DNA of 61,995 nucleotides, the filler included, from Actinomycetota bacterium (GTDB taxonomy: Bacteria > Actinomycetota > Actinomycetes > JAKEEW01), in assembly GCA_046725875.1 (NCBI GenBank). It is 3 parts of 3 records of this genome, joined end to end, with 100 filler letters (N's around TTAATTAATTAA, not from the genome) between each part and the next. Parts side by side here need not be neighbours in the genome. Positions count along the whole stretch, not along the records: positions 43,924 to 61,995 come from JBKOZJ010000104.1; 2 more parts are not named here. One strand, written 5' to 3'. Positions within the stretch are counted from its first letter, which is position 1. Each line of letters begins with the position of its first letter. Both the position numbers and the translations under genes were made by a program. The notes beneath the pieces were generated by a model. It had not been told where the DNA came from. It made no database searches and worked only from the letters and a program-made list of their open reading frames with translations. Below, in pieces: positions 58,175-61,995 of the stretch.

Positions 58175-59767
58175 GTGACGGACATCGCGGATGCTGCGCC
58201 CGGCGGGAGGTCTGGAGAAGTCATTCCCCCGGAAAGCGCGGCCGGCAGGCGCGGAGCCGCAGTCCCGACAGAGGGAACGGCCGGCCGGCGCGGAGCCGCA
58301 GTCCCGACAGAGGAAACAGCCGGCCGGTCCGCAGCCGCAGTTCCAGGGGATGGGACGGCCGACAGGTCCGGAGATGTTCTTGCTCCGCTGAGCGCCCCCG
58401 ATCGGCCGCTGGCAGGTAGGCCGCACCAGTCGCTTCTTGACATGCCTGGGCCGCGCGCGAACCCGTTCGTCGGGATGGCGATGGAGTTCCGCCGCGGAGT
58501 ACTCCAGACGCTACTGCGCGGGTTCCACGAGTACGGGGATCTCGTCGCGTACCGCTTCGGGCCGGCGCGCGGACCGAGGCGTCAGTTCGGCGTCGCGGCG
58601 CACCATCCGGACTTGGTCCGGCAGGTGTTGATCGAGAGCGAGCGCAGCTACGGCAAGGACACCGTTGGATTCCAGATCCTCTCCGACATGCTCGGCCGCG
58701 GGCTGTTGACGACCGAGGGTGAGGTGTGGCGCCGGCAGCGCCGTACCCTCGCGCCTCTATTCACCCCGCGTCGAGTCGCGCTTTACGCGGACTTGATGCA
58801 GGACGAGGCGAACCGGGTTGTCGATGACTCGCAGCACGACAGCGCGAGGCTGCGAGCCGACACGTCGGCGGCTGCGGGGAACGCCGACCCGGTGGACCTG
58901 CATCTGCTGATGATGCGTTACACGCTCCGGGTCGTGGGGCGCGCGCTCTTCGGCGAAGACGTCGATGAGGCGATTCCCGCGCTACACCGGCTGGTTCCGC
59001 TGGCCGGCCGGCTGACCCAGCAGCGCACGCTGCAATTCGTCAGGTTTCCGCTCGACTGGCGTACCCCCCGTAACAAGCGCACGCAGAGGGTGCGAGCGGA
59101 GCAGTACCAGATCGTCGATCGCATCCTCGCCAGGCACACCACCAACGTTGCCGACGGCGAGGATCTCGTGACCCGTCTGCAGGCCGTGCGCGACCCGGAA
59201 ACCGGTGAGCCGTTGTCCGAGGCGGAGATTCGAGACCAAGTCCTGGTGTTCCTGCTTGCCGGACACGAAACAACGGCAGGGGCGCTTACCTTCACACTGC
59301 ACCTGCTCGGCAGTCACCCCGAGCTGCAGGACACGGCGGCCGGGGACGGCGCGCTGCAGCGCGCCTCGCTGCTCGAAGGCATGCGACTCTTCCCGCCGGC
59401 CTACCTCACCGAGCGGCTGACGACGACAGACACCGAGATCGGCGGGTACGCGATTCCACGTGGCACGCTGGTCGTTGTTTCGCCGTGGGTGACGCACCGG
59501 CACCCGGCCTTCTGGCCGCAGCCCGAGCGCTTCGATCCGTACCGCTTCCTCGGAGAGCACGACCGGCCGCGATACTCGTACTTCCCCTTCGGCGGTGGCC
59601 CGCGTAGCTGCATCGGCGAGCACTTCGCCATGCTCGAGGCGGAAATTCTGCTGCGTACTCTGCTCCGCAGGTTTCGGGTCGAGTCGCTTTCCGGCGACCT
59701 TCAGACGGTCGCACACGTCACCCTGCGCCCCGCCGGCCCGGTGCCCGTCCGCCTCCGGCCGCGCTGA
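58175..59767 (+). CDS. Cytochrome P450
   Basis: AGHETT, ExxR (EGMR), PERF, FGGGPRSCIG; CACAAT 6 nt before GTG 58175 (alt start ATG 58442). Confidence 0.96.
   Translation: MTDIADAAPGGRSGEVIPPESAAGRRGAAVPTEGTAGRRGAAVPTEETAGRSAAAVPGDGTADRSGDVLAPLSAPDRPLAGRPHQSLLDMPGPRANPFVGMAMEFRRGVLQTLLRGFHEYGDLVAYRFGPARGPRRQFGVAAHHPDLVRQVLIESERSYGKDTVGFQILSDMLGRGLLTTEGEVWRRQRRTLAPLFTPRRVALYADLMQDEANRVVDDSQHDSARLRADTSAAAGNADPVDLHLLMMRYTLRVVGRALFGEDVDEAIPALHRLVPLAGRLTQQRTLQFVRFPLDWRTPRNKRTQRVRAEQYQIVDRILARHTTNVADGEDLVTRLQAVRDPETGEPLSEAEIRDQVLVFLLAGHETTAGALTFTLHLLGSHPELQDTAAGDGALQRASLLEGMRLFPPAYLTERLTTTDTEIGGYAIPRGTLVVVSPWVTHRHPAFWPQPERFDPYRFLGEHDRPRYSYFPFGGGPRSCIGEHFAMLEAEILLRTLLRRFRVESLSGDLQTVAHVTLRPAGPVPVRLRPR
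58241..58357 (+). repeat. Tandem repeat, 3 x 39 bp
   Basis: gccggc(a/c)ggcgcggagccgcagtcccgacagagg(g/a)aac(g/a) twice plus one degenerate copy (AGRRGAAVPTEGT). Confidence 0.85.
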
Positions 59768-59798
59768 CGATCGCCCTCGGCGGCTAGGGCTTCGCGCG

Positions 59799-60272
59799 TC
59801 AGTGTGGGTTGGCAACCAGCTCGGCCAGGCGGTCGAGGAACTCGCGCTGACCGGCGATGATCTTCTTGTGCGCATCCGCCAACGGAAACCAGCCGGCCTG
59901 GTCGATCTCTGGGAACTCCTGCCACCGTCCGGACCTGGGCGGCCACTCCATTTCGAACATCCCGGGCACCACGGCTGCGGGGTCGAGGTCGCCCTCGACC
60001 GCCCAAACGATCACAACCTTCCCGCTCGGCTGCCGGACCTCGCCGAGCGCCCGGAAGTCGCCGTCTGGCGGCGGCAGCCCGAGCTCCTCCAAGAACTCGC
60101 GGCGCGCCGCGGCTACCGCCTCCTCGTCACCGTCGTACTCCCCCTTGGGGATCGACCACGCTCCGGCATCCTTCTTCGCCCAGAAGGGGCCGCCCATATG
60201 CCCGAGCAACACCTCCACCCCGCCGGCGCCGCGGCGAAAGAGCAAGATCCCGGCGCTTCGCTTGTCAGTCAC
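59799..60272 (-). CDS. NUDIX hydrolase
   Basis: SAGILLFR, HMGGPFW, PKGE...AARREFLEELG, FPEID. Confidence 0.92.
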   Translation of the reverse strand: MTDKRSAGILLFRRGAGGVEVLLGHMGGPFWAKKDAGAWSIPKGEYDGDEEAVAAARREFLEELGLPPPDGDFRALGEVRQPSGKVVIVWAVEGDLDPAAVVPGMFEMEWPPRSGRWQEFPEIDQAGWFPLADAHKKIIAGQREFLDRLAELVANPH

Positions 60273-60334
60273 ACAACCGATTCTGCCGGGTGCCCGACGC
60301 CTGGCTGGTTCGGGCGGCAGCGACCACCGCCACG

Positions 60335-60396
60335 TCACAAGCTATGCGGCAGCAGCCGCACAGCTGCGTCACAGGCTGCTCACAAGGCACTCGCAG
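60335..60396 (+). promoter_or_regulatory. 11-bp-periodic direct repeats (OmpR-family-type binding array)
   Basis: gcacag 60358, tcacag 60369, tcacaa 60380, tcgcag 60391, plus tcacaa 60335. Confidence 0.55.
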
Positions 60397-60468
60397 GTGG
60401 GGCGACGAGTGTTGTCGTGCCGATGTCCCAAAGACGGGGCGCTCGCGACGAGATGGGAGCCTTTACTG

Positions 60469-61314
60469 ATGCCACCGGAGGAGTTGCACGACCACGACCG
60501 GGGACTGTCCCAGGACCTGCCGATCTTGCTGAGCCGCCGGCGGGCCCTCTCGGTCTTCGGCGGCGCCGGGCTGGCGGCGGCGCTCGCCGGCTGTGGGCTA
60601 GGTGGCGACGACAGCCAGAGCTCAGGCAACCCGGCGATCCCAGCGAACTCCCCCAGTGCCAGCACTGGGACAGGCGACCCGCCGGCGACCGGCGACGAGA
60701 TCCCGGAGGAGACCGGCGGCCCCTACCCCGCTGACGGGTCTAACGGCGTGAACGTCCTCACCAAGAGCGGGATCGTCCGCCGCGACGTCACCCGAAGCTT
60801 CGGCTCCGCGTCCGGAATTGCGGAAGGTATCCCGCTGACGATCCGGCTTCGCGTCCTCAACGTAAGCAAGGATGCGCAACCGCTTGCGGGTGCGGCGATT
60901 TACCTCTGGCACTGTACGAGGGAGGGCGGCTACTCCCTCTACTCCGCCGGGCTCACCGCGCAGAACTTCCTTCGCGGCGTCCAGGAGGCCGGAGCGGACG
61001 GTTCGGTGACCTTCACCAGCATCTTTCCGGGCGCCTACTCGGGCCGGTGGCCGCATATCCATTTCGAGGTCTATCCGAGCCTCTCGGCGGCGACATCGGC
61101 CAGCGGCAAGCTCCGGACGTCGCAGCTCGCGCTGCCCGAGGATGCGTGCCGGCGTGTCTACGCAATGGAGGGATACGAGGAGAGCCTAGGCAATCTCGCG
61201 CAGACCTCATTGGACACGGACAACGTCTTCAGCGACGGCTACTCCCTTCAGCTGGCATCGGTGACCGGCGATGCGACCTCCAGTATGGTCGCGACCCTGA
61301 ACGTGCCTGTGTAG
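60469..61314 (+). CDS. Tat-exported intradiol dioxygenase-like lipoprotein
   Basis: SRRRALS Tat motif, LAGC lipobox, GPYP, YLWHC, LRGVQ, YSGRWPHIHF. Confidence 0.88.
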   Translation: MPPEELHDHDRGLSQDLPILLSRRRALSVFGGAGLAAALAGCGLGGDDSQSSGNPAIPANSPSASTGTGDPPATGDEIPEETGGPYPADGSNGVNVLTKSGIVRRDVTRSFGSASGIAEGIPLTIRLRVLNVSKDAQPLAGAAIYLWHCTREGGYSLYSAGLTAQNFLRGVQEAGADGSVTFTSIFPGAYSGRWPHIHFEVYPSLSAATSASGKLRTSQLALPEDACRRVYAMEGYEESLGNLAQTSLDTDNVFSDGYSLQLASVTGDATSSMVATLNVPV

Positions 61315-61338
61315 TGCCGCGTCCTGCGTACCCGCGGC

Positions 61339-61995
61339 ATGATGGCCGTCGTGACCCGCAGGTGGGAGGTGGCCACCGCCGCCGCGCTGGTTGCGGCGGC
61401 AATCGCATTGTGGGTGCTATCAGCGTCGAAGCCGAGCCTGTGGGTCTACGGGTGTGAGCAGGAGTGCGGCGCTGCCGCCGAACGGGTCTCCGGGCCGCTG
61501 CGCGTCGTACAGCTCAACATGCTTCACGAGTTCCCGGGTTTGACCCATCTTGAGGAGCGCATTGACCTGATCGTCCGGGAGCTGCGGCGCCTCGACGCTG
61601 ATGTCGTACTCCTTCAAGAGGTCCCGTGGACTCCCGCGACCGGCAGCGTAGCGGCTGAGCTCGCGCGCCGGACCGATATGAACTACGTCTACCGGCGAGC
61701 GAATGGCAACCGCCGTGGGATCCTCTTCGAGGAGGGCGAGGCGATTCTCGCCAGGTTGCCGATGCGCGACACGGCGAGCGTTGGGCTGCCGCGCGGCGAC
61801 GGATTCTTCCAGAACCGCATCGCCCTGGCGACAACGGTTGATACCCCGTTCGGGCCGGTTCGGTTGGTCAGCGCCCACCTCTCCGGCGAACCGGCACACG
61901 TCTCGGCGGCCCAGGTCCGCGCCTTGCGGCGCTTCGTGGGGTCGCCCAACGTGCCGGTCATCGTCGGTGCGGATCTGAACCTGCCCCCCGACAGC
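61339..61995 (+). CDS. Endonuclease/exonuclease/phosphatase family protein, partial (runs off window)
   Basis: N-terminal TM, LRVVQLN, DADVVLLQEV, SAHL, VGADLN. Not in the ORF track because no stop is reached. Confidence 0.88.
   Translation, partial: MMAVVTRRWEVATAAALVAAAIALWVLSASKPSLWVYGCEQECGAAAERVSGPLRVVQLNMLHEFPGLTHLEERIDLIVRELRRLDADVVLLQEVPWTPATGSVAAELARRTDMNYVYRRANGNRRGILFEEGEAILARLPMRDTASVGLPRGDGFFQNRIALATTVDTPFGPVRLVSAHLSGEPAHVSAAQVRALRRFVGSPNVPVIVGADLNLPPDS

Noticed and set aside
59857..60468. N-terminal extension of the dioxygenase ORF
   Set aside because: Overlaps the NUDIX gene antisense; the Tat signal places the start at 60469.

Overview
High-GC actinobacterial (Actinomycetes-like, probably draft/MAG) DNA made of three contigs joined by artificial 100-nt spacers (N44-TTAATTAATTAA-N44 at 17742-17841 and 43824-43923), so adjacency across the spacers is not evidence of linkage. 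Contig 1: HNH/DUF222 tail, Ser/Thr kinase, glyA under a ZTP (pfl) riboswitch, CapA, AidB-like ACAD, rsgA, a PBP, an M6 protease and a decayed AbiEi/sigma/histidine-kinase mosaic. Contig 2: accessory secreted proteins, an APH-family kinase, pxpABC, a Zur-box metal ABC transporter, bcp, tRNA-Leu(TAG) and the conserved pncB/clpS-mec-cysO-cysM-murI-rph-rdgB cluster, in which murI plus the MBL hydrolase are locally inverted. Contig 3: conserved bldC-vdh-DUF3073-purM-purF block, then an acyl-CoA ligase coupled to a strongly divergent B12-mutase large subunit, an ECF sigma coupled to an Ogt-AdaZn fusion, a P450 and others. Best leads: the ligase + divergent mutase pair, the ECF/Ogt-Ada putative alkylation sensor, a leader peptide/attenuator upstream of rsgA, a G6-N4-C6 palindromic repeat sitting in-frame in the 5' ends of three unrelated genes, and an unannotated 40-aa Cys/His microprotein. 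All protein calls come from motif recognition by eye; no searches were run.
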